A DNA stretch of 64,000 nt from Eledone cirrhosa (taxonomy: Eukaryota), in NCBI GenBank assembly GCA_964016885.1, contig OZ024743.1, positions 293,322,001-293,386,000 of the forward strand. Direction: 5' to 3'. Below the pieces are notes generated by a model, which was not told the origin of the DNA, did not search any database, and saw only the letters and a program-made list of their open reading frames with translations. Position numbers and translations under genes: made by a program. Shown piece by piece: positions 1-12,899 of this stretch (the stretch's first letter is position 1; every line of letters starts with the position of its first letter).

Positions 1-1093
1 GTAGTAGATGGTGGTAAGATTTATGGTGCTAGTTGTGTTGGATGAGATGGAGGATGCTATGATTGAAAAAAAAAAACTGTGCATTTTATATTTCCAAGAG
101 ATGTGTGTGTGTGTGTAATATTTGTTCCTGAAGTGGTGGTTGTATTGCTTGTGTTGTTGTTGTTAGTGCTTACATTGGTAGCATTCCTATTAATCTGTGT
201 GTATGTTTGTATATGTGTTTGAGATGGAGTGATATATGCTTGTTATTGTGATGCTGTGTTGATGTAACTTAGATATGTAGTGTGGTTATTTAATGGTCTT
301 CTTAGTGTAACTTTCACTTATTTGTTCATGCTGTTTAGTCAGAAGGGAGAAGGTCAGTGCCAATGAACCTTCTTACTGCTTCCAAAAACTGGTAGGAGAC
401 CAGGATGAATATATCCTGAAACAAGAGACTAAGCCTAGTAACTGAGTGGATTTCACTAATGACTCCAGAGAGTTTTTTTATTAACGTAGGTGATACGGTA
501 AGTCTAGTACCCAAGTAGGTTGCAGCAGAATTTGAACTGAGAACTCAAAAGAGCCATTACAAATACTGCAAGGCATTTCAACCAAGACTTTAACAATCTC
601 ATTAATCTACAAGCCACCATTTTGCTGAAATGTTGCTTTGTTTCATCAAACCCTAAACCCCAAATTACGACAGATAACGTTTAGTGTAGCAGGATTTGAA
701 CTTAGAGCAAAGGGAGACTAAAGAAATATCTATGTTCTAATTTATCACCTATTTGTTGAGGTTGTGGTTAATAATACTGTGTATTCCTACATGTGTGTAT
801 ATAGACTGTTGGTTTGTTTTGATGATGGTGGGTAGGATGGCGCAGTACAGAAAGTGTGTTAACTTATGTAATATTATGATTTAGTGTGCTACTTCCTGTG
901 TATATGTGAGGACACATACACACACACACATTCCTGAATTGTTATTTGAGTGTGGGAGATGAGAAGCTCTCATGAAATTTGAAGTTTCAGCTTTAATAAA
1001 TATTATTAACGCTCTACTTTCAGTACTGAGTACCTTCGTTTGCTTTTTCTTTATACTGAAGGCTTTATATTCAAATCTTTAGCACACAAAAAC

Positions 1094-1139
<46 letters not shown>

Positions 1140-1146
<7 letters not shown>

Positions 1147-1415
1147 TTATGATGCGACAAATGCACCATAAAGGGATCATTTTGTTGGTGCCATGAGAAA
1201 AAACGCTCAGCCCACACTATAAAGTGATCATTTTGGTACCCTGATAAAAGGTAGCTAGTTCACACTTCCATTAGGAAGGGTATCTATCTGTAGAAACCAA
1301 GCCATAAATGGTCCTGTTTAAGATAGTCATGTGCATCTGATCTTATAACAGGACAACCTGTCTAACCCATGCTAGCATGGAAAACGGATGTTAAATGATG
1401 ACGATGATGATGATA
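1140..1415 (+). mobile_element. 3' tail fragment of RTE LINE or its partner SINE
   Basis: Contains TTAGGAAGGG..TGTAGAAACCAAGCC and AACCCATGCTAGCATGGAAAA..TTAAATGATG, the same 3' end as the LINE copies at 2940-3097 and 24540-24706; ends in (GAT)n and follows a (TA)n run. Confidence 0.75.
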
Positions 1416-1599
1416 TGCTGTGTGTATTTTATGCCAGTGTGCCATGCAGGCATTCAATGGATGGTTTATCACAGTCTGAACTAATTTTTCTTTTTAGTTA
1501 CTGTCCTCTAAGATGGGTTGGGGGACCACTTATATATTCCAAATTTTGGCATGGTTTCTATGGCCTTTCTCAACATTAACCACTTTACAGCATGCTTCT

Positions 1600-3097
1600 T
1601 TAGTCAGCTGGTTAGTGTTAACCTAAATGAAATGCAGTTTGGATCTTTGCCAGGTAAACGTACCACAGATGCTCTCTTCCTTGTGAGACAACTGCAGAAG
1701 TACCTAGCTAAAAGTAAACCCCTCTACTTAGCTTTTTCTGACTTAGAGAAAGCCTTTGATAGATCCTCCTTTTCATTATCTGGTAGGTTCTTAGAAAACT
1801 CAGAGTAGATGAGGGGATTGTTAAAGTGGAACAAGCCATTTATAGAGAAGCGGGCAGCAAGATTAGAATTAACAGTGACTATAGTGAAGAATTTAGTATG
1901 CAGGTCGGTGTCCATCAGGGTTCTGTTTTTAGCCCTCCCCTATTTATTATTGTCCTACAGGCTATAACAGAAGAGTTTAAGATTGGCTGTTCAAGCGAGC
2001 TTCTGCGTGTAGATGATCTAACCCTTATAGCTGAAACCTGGAAGCATGGCCTAGAATCAAGAGGTCTTAAAGTTAACTTGTCAAAGACTAAAGTCCTCGG
2101 GGAAATGACCTTGTTCAGTGTACTAGAAAGAAGTATGTAGAAATTCCTTTCTATGCTCCAAATGCAAGCTGGTGGTACGCAAAAAATGTAGTAGGATCAA
2201 AGGCAGGCTATAAAAAAATGTTGGTTGTGGTTAATGCACAGGTTCAGTAAGTAGCAAGAGCCCATGGGATACTAACCTTTTCAAATGCCCAGAAGGCTCT
2301 GAGAAATAGTTGACAGTTTCTGCTACCAGATGACCTATCAAGGTGGAAAGAAATGAAAACTGCATGCTCCAATTGATATGTAATAGTAATATACATGAAT
2401 GGCAAGGCATAAATGAACTGAAAGAGAAACAGGACATAAGAAGGATCAAATGCAGTGTGCAAGATAGGAGATTATGTTAGTATGGGCATGTGATGCATAT
2501 GAAGGATGACAGCTGTATAAAAAGTTGCAGGGTGCTCAAAGTTGATGGAAGCTATGGAGTAGGAAGACCTGGGACGAGATGATAAAAGCTGACCTTGCAC
2601 AAATGAACCTCTCAAAGGCGATGACACAGGATCAAGATCTTGGGCATTATGCAGCAATACAGAAGACCAGCCTTCCTATGCATACGGGTTGAAGCATACA
2701 TCTAGTATGCACCACTTAACCCCTATCGCCCCTGCCCCTTCCATATACCTCTAATGCCTTAACACTCCATCCTCATCATAATCACCCTACCCTTCTCCCA
2801 CGCCATTACACTCCCCTCTCCTGTAACCAGTCCACAATGTAAAGTGGTCATTATGGTGCCATGATAAAAGGCACTCAGTCCACACTGAAGTAGTTATGTA
2901 GGTGTCATGACAAAAAGTACACAGCACACACTCTAAACGTCGTTGGCATTAGGAAGGGCATACAGCCATAGAAACCAAGCCAGAAACAGTTCTGTATGAG
3001 CATGACGCGCTCACCTGACCTGACTTGCTTCAAATGGGACAGCCCGTCTAACCCATGTTGGCATGGAAAATAGATATTAAATGATGATGATGATGAT
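1600..3097 (+). mobile_element. Degraded 5'-truncated RTE-clade LINE (RT C-terminal half plus 3' UTR)
   Basis: ORF pieces QFGSLPGKRTTDALFLVRQLQ, DLEKAFDR, VGVHQGSVFSPPLF, RVDDLTLIAE and GLKVNLSKTK are RTE RT motifs broken by frameshifts and stops; 3' UTR homologous to 24327-24706; (GAT)n tail. Confidence 0.9.
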
Positions 3098-3536
3098 ATA
3101 TACTGAAACGATTGTAAAACAATGAATTGATTAAGAACCTATCTTTAACTTTCGTTTTATTTTCTTAGTTAAAAACAAACACACACACACACACGCACAC
3201 GCACACGCACACACACACACACGCGCATTAATTTACTCAAGTTTAGATTGGATACATATGATAGTTAGGATAAGAGATAGAGGTTATATCAATAGATGGT
3301 TGAATAGATTGAAAGATAGATAGATAAATTTATAGGTTCATTAATAAATTGGTGCCTAGCTACATAAAAGGATGTATTGATTGATTGATTAAATTGATTG
3401 ATTTCTTGCAATATTGTTAATCCTCCCCTCTGGCACCTATGCAGTCAGTAGTCACATCACCAAACTGCTGTTTCTGGTGCTGATATCATTACTACAGCAG
3501 ATGCACTTTCCTACAACTCTTTAACAACAGAGCTTT

Positions 3537-3607
<71 letters not shown>

Positions 3608-4094
3608 TGTTCTAATTTGGTTGTGTGATGTATTTGCGTTTGTATGTTTGTATATGTGTATATGTATCTATCTGTGTGTGTGCTTGTTAGTATATGTATG
3701 TGTGGTATGCCTATATGCATGTTTGTATGTGCCTGTGTGTGTTTGTGCTAGTTTGTATATGTGCGTGTATAGTGTGCCTGTGTGTATGTTTGTATATGTG
3801 TGCATGTTAGTGTGTCCTGATTGAGGAGGTAAAACTGAAATATTATGATATCATTTCCTTTAACTGTGTGTGTGCCTATGTTGTTTCATGAAGGTGCTTG
3901 TCTATTTTTACCCATGTGTCTCAGTGTGTTGTAACCACACATACACACAGATATATATATTATCTGTGTATTTGTGCTAATGTGTGTACTCTATATAGCA
4001 TACTTTTTTTCTTTTTTCTGTTACTGTTACTGCATTGCTAATCTATAAAAAAACAAAACAAAACAAAAAAAGAACTAAATTAGAGATTCTGGAT

Positions 4095-4440
4095 GCAGCA
4101 TGGCCAAAGGATTAAAAAGTGTTCTTTTCAATCATGAGATTTGTGTTCAATCTCTCTATGGCATCTTGGTCATGTGTTGTTTATTGTTGCTTCAGATCAA
4201 TTGAAGTTTATGAATGAAATTAGGTCGTCTAAAACTGTTTGAAAAGCCCTTCAGATGGATTGTACCTGTAATTTAAAGGGACAGCTTTGTCATACACCAT
4301 ATTGAGTCTTCTTGATAATTCTGTTAAAGGTATGCACTTCTATGGTATTTTCAGCCAGTAACATGTTAATTTAACGAGTATGTGGTTTCAATGAAGGAAA
4401 ACTCCAGTATATTATTCTCTTGATACCATTGCATAAAGAC
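4095..4440 (+). mobile_element. Old tRNA-derived SINE
   Basis: Degenerate A/B-box head (GCATGGCCAAAGG..GTTCAATCTC); body TGTACCTGTAATTTAAAGG...CAGCCAGTAACATGTTAATT is also present at about 15590-15790. Confidence 0.5.
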
Positions 4441-5094
4441 TGGGGTTGGGGAGAGGGGTTCATTTATGATCACAATACTCCAATGGAATTTTGAAATTAT
4501 CTGACCTTACAAGAGATTGGGTTCAAGTATTTAATTGGGTGTGTTTAATTTGGTTAATGCCCTGTTTGAATTTCTTTCCATGTTTTTGTTCTGAGGAGAA
4601 TATTGAGATAGTTCTGGTGATGGATAATAGGAAACAATTGTTATTTATAGAGGTGTGAGTAGTGTAGCAAGGCAGATGAAACAAAAATAGGAGCAACAAG
4701 AGAGATGTTGTTTAAACATAAGTCAGTCTTGATCAATCAGAAAGGGGGCAAAATATCTACCAGCTAGAACCATCCTGTCTTTACAGACAATGGATCTAGT
4801 ATTTGTCCTATTTTTTAACACATGATGCCAAACTGCCATAAACCACTCCTGGTTCTTATACAAAACTATTTTTTTTTTAGTGTTTGTCTTATCTAAAAGC
4901 CATCCATCATAATTTTGTGTAAAAACACCAGCATAATAATTAGAAAGTTATATGGCTAAATCTCTCCAAATTCTTCATTATTTTCAAAATTATTTGGAAA
5001 TCATTAGAAATATGATAATGAAATGGCTAAGATGGTAAGATGTGATTTGTGATAAACGCAGAAGCATCCAGTGATGGTTTTCCTAGTGACAGCT

Positions 5095-5420
5095 TTCCTG
5101 TCATTTAGATTCTGATTATGTGAATTACCTGGCGTCTCTTTCCTTAAAAAGATGTCATCTACAGGTGAAAACTGATAGGCTGAACAGTTATGCAAAACAG
5201 ACAATTCTTATCATGAAACACAGGTCATGACAAAATGTCCTCTGCACAGAATACTGTCAATGGTGAGCCAGCCACAGATTACATGGAAGAGTTTACATCC
5301 TCGGAAATCTAATCAACAGGGTCAAAAAGAACACCCAAGCAGCTTAATAAAATTTGTAGAGCAGTCACAAGACTTCAGTCGATTTGGAAATCTAGGAAAC
5401 ACAGTCTGAGTTTCAAGATT
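5095..5420 (+). mobile_element. Old RTE/BovB-like RT fragment
   Basis: Manual translation across frameshifts: LDSDYVNYLASLS (decayed DYADDLALLS), LQVKTDRLNSYAKQ, TVNGEP..EEFT..LGNLI, RLQSIWKSR. Confidence 0.7.
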
Positions 5421-5615
5421 TTATTCTAGAACAGCAATATATATATATAGCTCAGAATGATGGTTAATGGTAAAAAAAAAAAAAGCATGCATAAGATCAG
5501 TGTTTTCCACAATGGGTTCCTGTGGAAAGCCTGATTTATTTTCTTGTCCAACAATTCATCAAATCAAGGGGGATATTGTTAGACTTCAAAATTTGAAGTA
5601 TGTCCATTTTGTTTA

Positions 5616-5815
5616 TTAACCCCTTAACATTTAAATGGGCCATATCCAGCTGAATTTCTGTTCAAACTGACTGAAACCAACCACTTATATTCATGTTAAA
5701 GTATTGTTCTCAAAATAAATATCAAATTCTCATAGATTCGATATTATGTGTTATTAAGCTTTTACCCTGAAAATACAATAGTAAATATTGAGCAATGTAA
5801 ATGCTAAAGGGTTAA
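5616..5815. mobile_element. piggyBac-type MITE
   Basis: TTAA at both ends with inverted termini TTAACCCCTTAACATTTA / TAAATGCTAAAGGGTTAA. Confidence 0.7.
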
Positions 5816-6198
5816 ATTATTAATTAGTTTTCTCTATAACGTTTTGGACTTAAAGAATGATCTGTTTTAAGTCTCAATAATAATGTTAAAAGGAATATTT
5901 AACATTTACCTCTTTGTGAGTTGCTGTGTTATGCTCGGAATGTAAACTCAAATTATTGGAGAAAATGTAATTTTGAAAAGTTGACATGGGCTAAATGGGA
6001 TGAAAAAGATTGGGAAGCTCTACTTGACTGTAAGCACAAATCTAACTTCATGTTTGTGAAGTTTAGTATATTAAGTTATATCCTGGTTGCAAAAAGGTTG
6101 TTGTACTGTGTGTTTGTACATGCATGATGATCTGGTTGTGTGTGTGTTGTGTATGGTGGTTATTTTTGTATATGTTTGTATATAGCAAGGAAAACATG

Positions 6199-6236
<38 letters not shown>

Positions 6237-7766
6237 ATGTTTGCATGTGTATATGTCTGTGTAATTGTGTATGTCAATATAGGCCTAAACCTTTGTATTA
6301 AGTGTGTTTGCATGCATATCTGTCTTTTAATTTTAATGAGCTTAAGAACCAGGCTTAAATTTTGAATGCATGAGGGGATGGGGGCATGTTTGAATCATAA
6401 GATGCTTTCATCTTCCTATCCCCTTCAACCCATCTATCTATTATGCCTGTCTTTGTTCTTAATCTCCTGTTTATTAAGTCCTTATTAAATTAGTAGTGTA
6501 TTTGAAGATTTATTTACCCATTGCTTGCACAGAGGGACAGGTTCTTAGAGGCTTATGACACTCACAGGCCATCCAGCCAACCACCTAGTCAGGCTGTCAT
6601 GTTGCTCCCTATTAAATCATGTGATCATATCAACCAATTTCCTCCTACCTTATCACCTCAAAGGGCCAAGAGTCAATACATTGAGGTGGTCAGTATGACT
6701 GTCTGTCTGTGTGTGTGTGTATGTGTGCCAACAATATGTCTGAAGGGAATATACAATGATGACAGTTGCTCAAAGCTAATCTAAGGATTATATAATACAA
6801 TTAAGGAAAATAGTGTTCCCTTGTTACATGAAATACAATGGATTTCCCTCAATCCCTTGTAATAGTTATGACAATGAAAGAAACTATTATCATGATGATG
6901 ATGATGATGATGATGACGTTCATCATCATCATCAGTTTTATTTTATTCTTTTTCTTAATATAACAGAATTGTTGAAGCATTGGACATATGTGATATTTCT
7001 TCAGGCTTCAGATCTTGCTATGGTCAAATTTTGACTTTCATCCTTCTGCAGTCAATAAAATAAAATGTCGGTCGTGCACTTACCCCCCACCCCACAAAAA
7101 AAGAAGCAAAATTGCTGGCCTTAATTAAGCCTTAATTAGAAACCATTATTATTATTGTTGTGGATTTGTAGGATTATCAAAGCATACAAAAATGCCATAT
7201 TTGTTCAGATCCTTTGTTCTGAGTTCAAGTCAATCATAGGTCCATTGGGATCAGGGATTACCATGGTTAAACTAAATTAATATTACTAATGCCCCGGCAT
7301 AAATTTAAATGTTTATACTCCATCTAAGCCATATGTATTGTCAAATACAGCAAGGCATCTCCTGACACTCAAAGAATTCCACTAATCCACTGCTCTGGGA
7401 TGATAAAAAGGGTGGGTGTTAAGTTAAGCTGGGTGAGATTTGAACTCAGAATACAAGTAGCCTCAATAAATACTACAAATCATTTCATTTTACACTCTAT
7501 ACTAACATTTGTCTGGTTGCTGGTTAAAGCCTATTTGTAGATTGGCAGGCATCATTAGAATATAGGGCAAAATAAAATGTCATGTACTGTGTAGATGCCC
7601 TAACAGTTCTAGGTAGTAATTCCTTTGATCATTGCTCTACTTGATCAAGGCTGGCAGTCCTAGGGCTAAAACTACACTACAATGGCCATTTCATTTTAAA
7701 AGCTTATTCGATAAACTGTTATTGCTGTTGGAGTCTTTTGTTTGTTGCAATATGAATACAAAATAG

Positions 7767-8176
7767 AATGTGTGTGCTTAAATATGCCTATATGTATATG
7801 CGTGTATATATATATATATATATATATGTAAATATATATATATATATGGGTGTGTGTGTGTGTATGCATATATGTGTGTGTGTGTATGCATATATGTGTG
7901 TGTGTGTGTATGCCTATATATATGTATGTGTGTCTGTATGCGTATATATATGTATTTATGTGTGTGTTTCTATTTTTATTCATTGCTGTCTGTTTTTATC
8001 TGTAGCTATATATTACTTGATCGATTGAGCTATCTATATTAATCTATGTTTTTATTGATCTTTAGATGTCTATCATTTTGTTACTTTACCAATCAGTTTG
8101 TCTGTATATCTTACATTCTACCTACCTTAGTCTATTCTATTAGGAAATGTGTCTATCAATCCACCTCACTCCCTCT

Positions 8177-8215
<39 letters not shown>

Positions 8216-8560
8216 GTGTGTGTATCTGTATGTATATCCACACACATATATGTATATGCGTGTATATATATATATATATAGTGTATGCCTATGTGTATGT
8301 GTATATATATGTGTATATGCATGTGTATATATATAATATATATAATATATTGTGTGTATATGTATGCATATATATATATGTGTATATGTATGCACACACA
8401 CATATATATATGTGTATGTGTATATGCACATATATATGTATGTATGTGTATATGCACATATATATATATATGTATGTATGTGTATATGCACATATATATG
8501 TATGTATGTATGTGAATATGCACATATATATGTATGTATGTGTATATGCATATATATATG
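7767..8560. repeat. Compound (TA)n/(TG)n/(TATG)n microsatellite fields
   Basis: Directly visible; source of the Y/I/C/V/H/T-rich ORFs. Confidence 0.95.
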
Positions 8561-8900
8561 TTTCTATGCCTCCTTTTGTCTCTATACACTCCACTCTATC
8601 ACTTAAACAAAGGATTTGTGTGAAAAAAATCACAAAAAGAACATAAAAACATGTAATCTCACTAAACACAGTAATCTTCTATTATTGTTATGTTAGTCTT
8701 TTTAGTTGTCTTTGTTGTTATTTTTATCTAAATATGTTATATTATATGTTTGTATGCAATGTGTGTTTGTGTTTGTGGTATCATCTGTAACATCTTCAAA
8801 GCTTTATCTAGGCTAATGTAAGAGCTTACACCCCCACCAACAACAACTGTTTCCCCCCATTTTTCTCTCCCTCCCTCTCTTTCTATTACATACACACATT

Positions 8901-8970
<70 letters not shown>

Positions 8971-9828
8971 TATAAACACATAAATGCACACACATGTACA
9001 CAAAAACTTCGAAATATATAGAGTGAAGAAGGATACCCAATTGTACTTGTTTTGACTGAGTAGTACAAATGGTGGGAGTACTGGACTAGAAAAAGCTTTG
9101 CTGTATTTTGTTATGAATCCTTATTCTTTTGTTCTTTCAATTTGATTTCGAGTCATTGGCCTGTGACCATACTGGAGCACAGCTTTTGAAGGTTCATTTA
9201 ATCGATTATACCACTGTTTCCCCACCATTTTGTATGGTGCTTGTTTGATATTATTGATTTCAAACGTAGAGGATAGGAAAATTGACCTGGGCAGGATTTT
9301 TTATTTATTCACTCCTCAGACACTGCTCATGACCCATTTGTTCCCTTTTCGACATGATATAGTCTGCAGACAGGGCTTGAATGCTTGCTACACAATTTTT
9401 GTAATGCAGAACTGCTCGTTTTAAATTGTTCATACTTATCATCATAATTCTATTTAAGATAAGAAACTTTTGTTGAGTACTGTTTCAAACATCACCTCAC
9501 TTAATTTTTTAATATTACTTTCAAAATTAAATGAAACAAGCTGTGTATATCATTAGAAATATGGTAACAAAAGGGTTAAAATGGGTGACAGTAGTTCAAG
9601 TATGTCACCCAAATAAGCCTCAACAGGATTTGCTGCAAAACAAATATCACTGGGCTTCCTGTTTGTGCCAGTCCACCTCTCTCCACTGATATTCTATTTA
9701 TCAATGCCAGAAGAATGAAAGATGCAAGGTAAAAATTCAAATTGGGCATCTTATGATTATGAAGGTTATTTTTTTTAACCTTTCAGCCATGTTATGTCTA
9801 CAGGGTTGAGACAACAGCAATGACGTCT

Positions 9829-10260
9829 TTAATCCCTTTGTTATATTGCTAATGAAAATATTGTCTATGATTTTCAAATAATTTTGAAAATAATGAAAGG
9901 AGTTGGAACAATTTAGTAAATGTAATGGACTTTATCATTAAGCTGGTGTTTGAAACAGATTTTAAAGCAGTGTTTTTCAACCAGGGTTCCACAATAAAGA
10001 GTGATAAATAAGCTAATGCATATTTGAGTAATTTTTGTTTAATTTTATATTCCAACAAATAATTTCAATCTCTAAAAGAGAGGGATATTAATAATGGTAT
10101 ATAATGATTTTTATGCAGGGTTTCCCTGAGACATGGAAGCTATTTCAAGGAGCCCATGAGGGTAAACACTGGCTTAAAGGGTTTTACATAAAATTACGAT
10201 GGAAGATTTCTAGATAAATATAATAAAATAAACAGCTACATACAATATCTAAAGGGTTAA
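9829..10260. mobile_element. piggyBac-type MITE (second family) interrupted by a hAT-like MITE
   Basis: Termini TTAATCCCTTTG / AAAGGGTTAA; related copies by eye at about 33050-33290, 53140-53388, 54997-55200, 57296-57487 and 62040-62283. Confidence 0.55.
9968..10171. mobile_element. hAT-like MITE
   Basis: Termini CAGTGTTT / AAACACTG; imperfect 8-bp flanks TTTTAAAG / GCTTAAAG; similar ends near 5498 and 58656-58860. Confidence 0.55.
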
Positions 10261-10441
10261 GGAAAAGTGATACAATCTGTAGCCCAATCTAACTCTTGGA
10301 TTCCTATAGCAGAGTCCACTTTGTTTTAAGTATTTTGGCTAGGTTTCTGGTCTAAAGCTATCTTCTGCCCTCTCTCCCACCAGAAAAGTTTTATAGGCAT
10401 TGACCTTTCTTTTGACTAAAAAATAAACTAAAACAAATAGA

Positions 10442-10544
10442 ATGTGTGTGTGTGTGGAGATTATTTTATTTTTCATTTAGTGCTTCTAAAACTATATTAG
10501 AAGCACTAAATGAAAAATAAAATAATCTCCACACACACACACAT
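10442..10544. repeat. Perfect 48-bp inverted repeat with 7-nt loop
   Basis: 10442-10489 is the exact reverse complement of 10497-10544. Confidence 0.95.
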
Positions 10545-10585
<41 letters not shown>

Positions 10586-11057
10586 CACTTCACATGTGTC
10601 TATCATCTGGAGATGTCAATCACATCTAGTAATAGGGTGAATAGTTTGTGTAAAGGGAGGTGGGTAGATATATTTGGCAGGTGGTGTGCGTGAGTGTGTA
10701 CACATGTTTCTTTCTTGCCTGTATTGCATTGTGCACCTGTGCATATATTTTGTGTGCATGCATGTCTGGTATATACATACAAATACATGTGTGCCTGTGT
10801 ATGTGTTTGGATTTGTGTGTGCATATGAATGTTTTCTTTTAAGAATTGTAACATGAATGTGTTTATATGTATGTGTAGGTGGTGATATCTGTAAATGCTT
10901 GTTTACATGTATTGTTGAAGATGTTGCTAGCTCTTCTAAGGTTCTAATATTCCATTGTATGATTGTAATTCTTGTGGTGAGTTGTCTGTCTATCTTTCAA
11001 GAAACCAAAAACCCAGAAAGGTCATCCAGGGGCCAAGTGTATTCTTTATATATAGGT

Positions 11058-12245
11058 CATCTACTACTACTACTACTACTGCTGTTACTATTAATACCAC
11101 CCCACTACTACTGCCACCACTACACTACTATCCCCACCACTACCATCTTCATCATTTCTATTATTACAAACATATCACTACTACTACCACCCCACCCCTA
11201 CTATTATTACCACCACCAACACTACTAACTACTACTATCACCTCCACCACTATCACTATCACTACCTCTACTACTACTATTATTACTACCACCCCCACCA
11301 CCACTACTATTACTACTACTACTACTACTACTACTACTACCCCACTACTATGTCACACCAACACCAATCCTACCATATTCACCTGCTTTATTTGTTACTT
11401 TTGATTTATGTCCCTTGTTTTATTATACAGTAGAATGGATGGACAGATGTGGTACATGATTGACTGGAGAAGGGGTGGAGTACAGAAGGATAAACAACCT
11501 CCCTCCTAGTTAACCATTCTGGTCATACACTAGTTGTGGTGGTGGTGGTGATAAAGTTGATAGTGGAGATATGGTGGTGGTGGTAGTGGTGATGATAGAG
11601 TTGGTAGTGGAGATATGGTGGTGGTAGTGGTGGTGATGATAGAGTTGGTAGTGGAGATATGGTGGTGGTGGTGATGATAGAGTTGGTAGTGGTGTTGGCC
11701 TTGTAGTTGAAGATAATGACAGTGGTGGTGCTAGTTGGTAGAGGTTGATGACCATGCTGATATTGATGCTAGTAGTAATGGTAGTTGATGTTAATGTTGG
11801 TGTAGTAGATGATGATAGTGGGGTGGTGATGGTCATGTGTTGGTGGTGTAGTAGTTAATGATGATGATGGTGGTAGTGATGGTGAGGTGGTAGTTGATGA
11901 TGGTGGTAGTGATGGTAGTGGGTTGATAGTTGATGATAATGAGTATAATGGTGTTGGTGGTGGTGTGTTGGCAATTGAAATATTATTGCTGGCGTTGGTT
12001 ATGGTGGGGTGGTTCTATCAACCAGTGAACCATGTCTTAACAGTAAAAGAGCAAGAGAGAGAAAAAGAGTGGGTGATAGAGCTATGAAAGAAGTATTGGT
12101 TTTCCTATAAAAGACATGGTGTGTGTGTTTCTGTTTCTGTTCTTTGAGTTTGGACAATCTCTTGAACATTTTTACCAGCATAGAAAAAACTTCCTAGATG
12201 TAAAAGAAAAACATATACCCTGAACAACTCCCTTTCCTCCACTAC

Positions 12246-12318
<73 letters not shown>

Positions 12319-12320
12319 AA
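11058..12320. repeat. Trinucleotide fields: (CTA/CCA)n, then (GGT/GAT)n, then (CTA)n
   Basis: Directly visible; explains poly-T/L/P/H/G/V ORFs. Confidence 0.9.
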
Positions 12321-12729
12321 CCAGTCTTAATGCTATTTAAGTTCAAATAACAATTAAGGTTTCTGATTTAGGCACAAGGCCAAGAAGTTTTGGGGTGAGG
12401 AAAGTCAATTAAATCGACCTTATTGCATTACTGGTACTTTATTTTAAGATTAACAATACTAGCATAAAATAACATTATTTCATTTACATATAAAACAACT
12501 AATGATAAACAGATACTAACACATTGTAAATTAGTGCAGCTGAATAGAAAGAAAAGAACAGGATCTGATGTTTCAAGATAAACCCTTTATTGGAGTTGAG
12601 TAAGGGAGGAAAGGGATAATATAATTTAATAAATGTTAGAATAAAAGTCAGAGTATATAAGCACACAGACTGGATATGGCCTGAAAAATGAAGAGGAGTC
12701 AAGTCTCCTGATACAAGTATTATTGGTAT

Positions 12730-12778
<49 letters not shown>

Positions 12779-12820
12779 AATGACTAATGTGTATTATTGA
12801 AGAAGATTGTTTTCATGTGT

Positions 12821-12899
12821 TAATCTAACCATTATTTTTTTTTCCAGGTGAGTAAAATTAATCCAATCCTGAGTGTAATGAATTTAGACTGAGGTATGT
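12821..12899 (+). promoter_or_regulatory. Candidate 3' splice site / recursive splice site with 46-nt exon
   Basis: Branch-point-like CTAAC (12825-12829), T-rich tract, CAG (ends 12847), directly followed by GTGAGT; second donor GAG|GTATGT at 12893/12894. Confidence 0.5.

Noticed and set aside
958-1045. ATGAG/CTCAT stem followed by GAAA, related to 46990-47040 (-)
   Set aside because: Probably a repeat end, but no CUGANGA core remains, so no ribozyme call.
7696-9068. Many long Y/I/C/V/H/T-rich ORFs, here and at 24684-25750, 40660-43425 and 45769-46424
   Set aside because: Translations of dinucleotide and tetranucleotide microsatellites, open on both strands in several frames.
10857-12087. 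Mucin-like or proline-rich ORFs
   Set aside because: Trinucleotide repeat fields with no splice or domain support.
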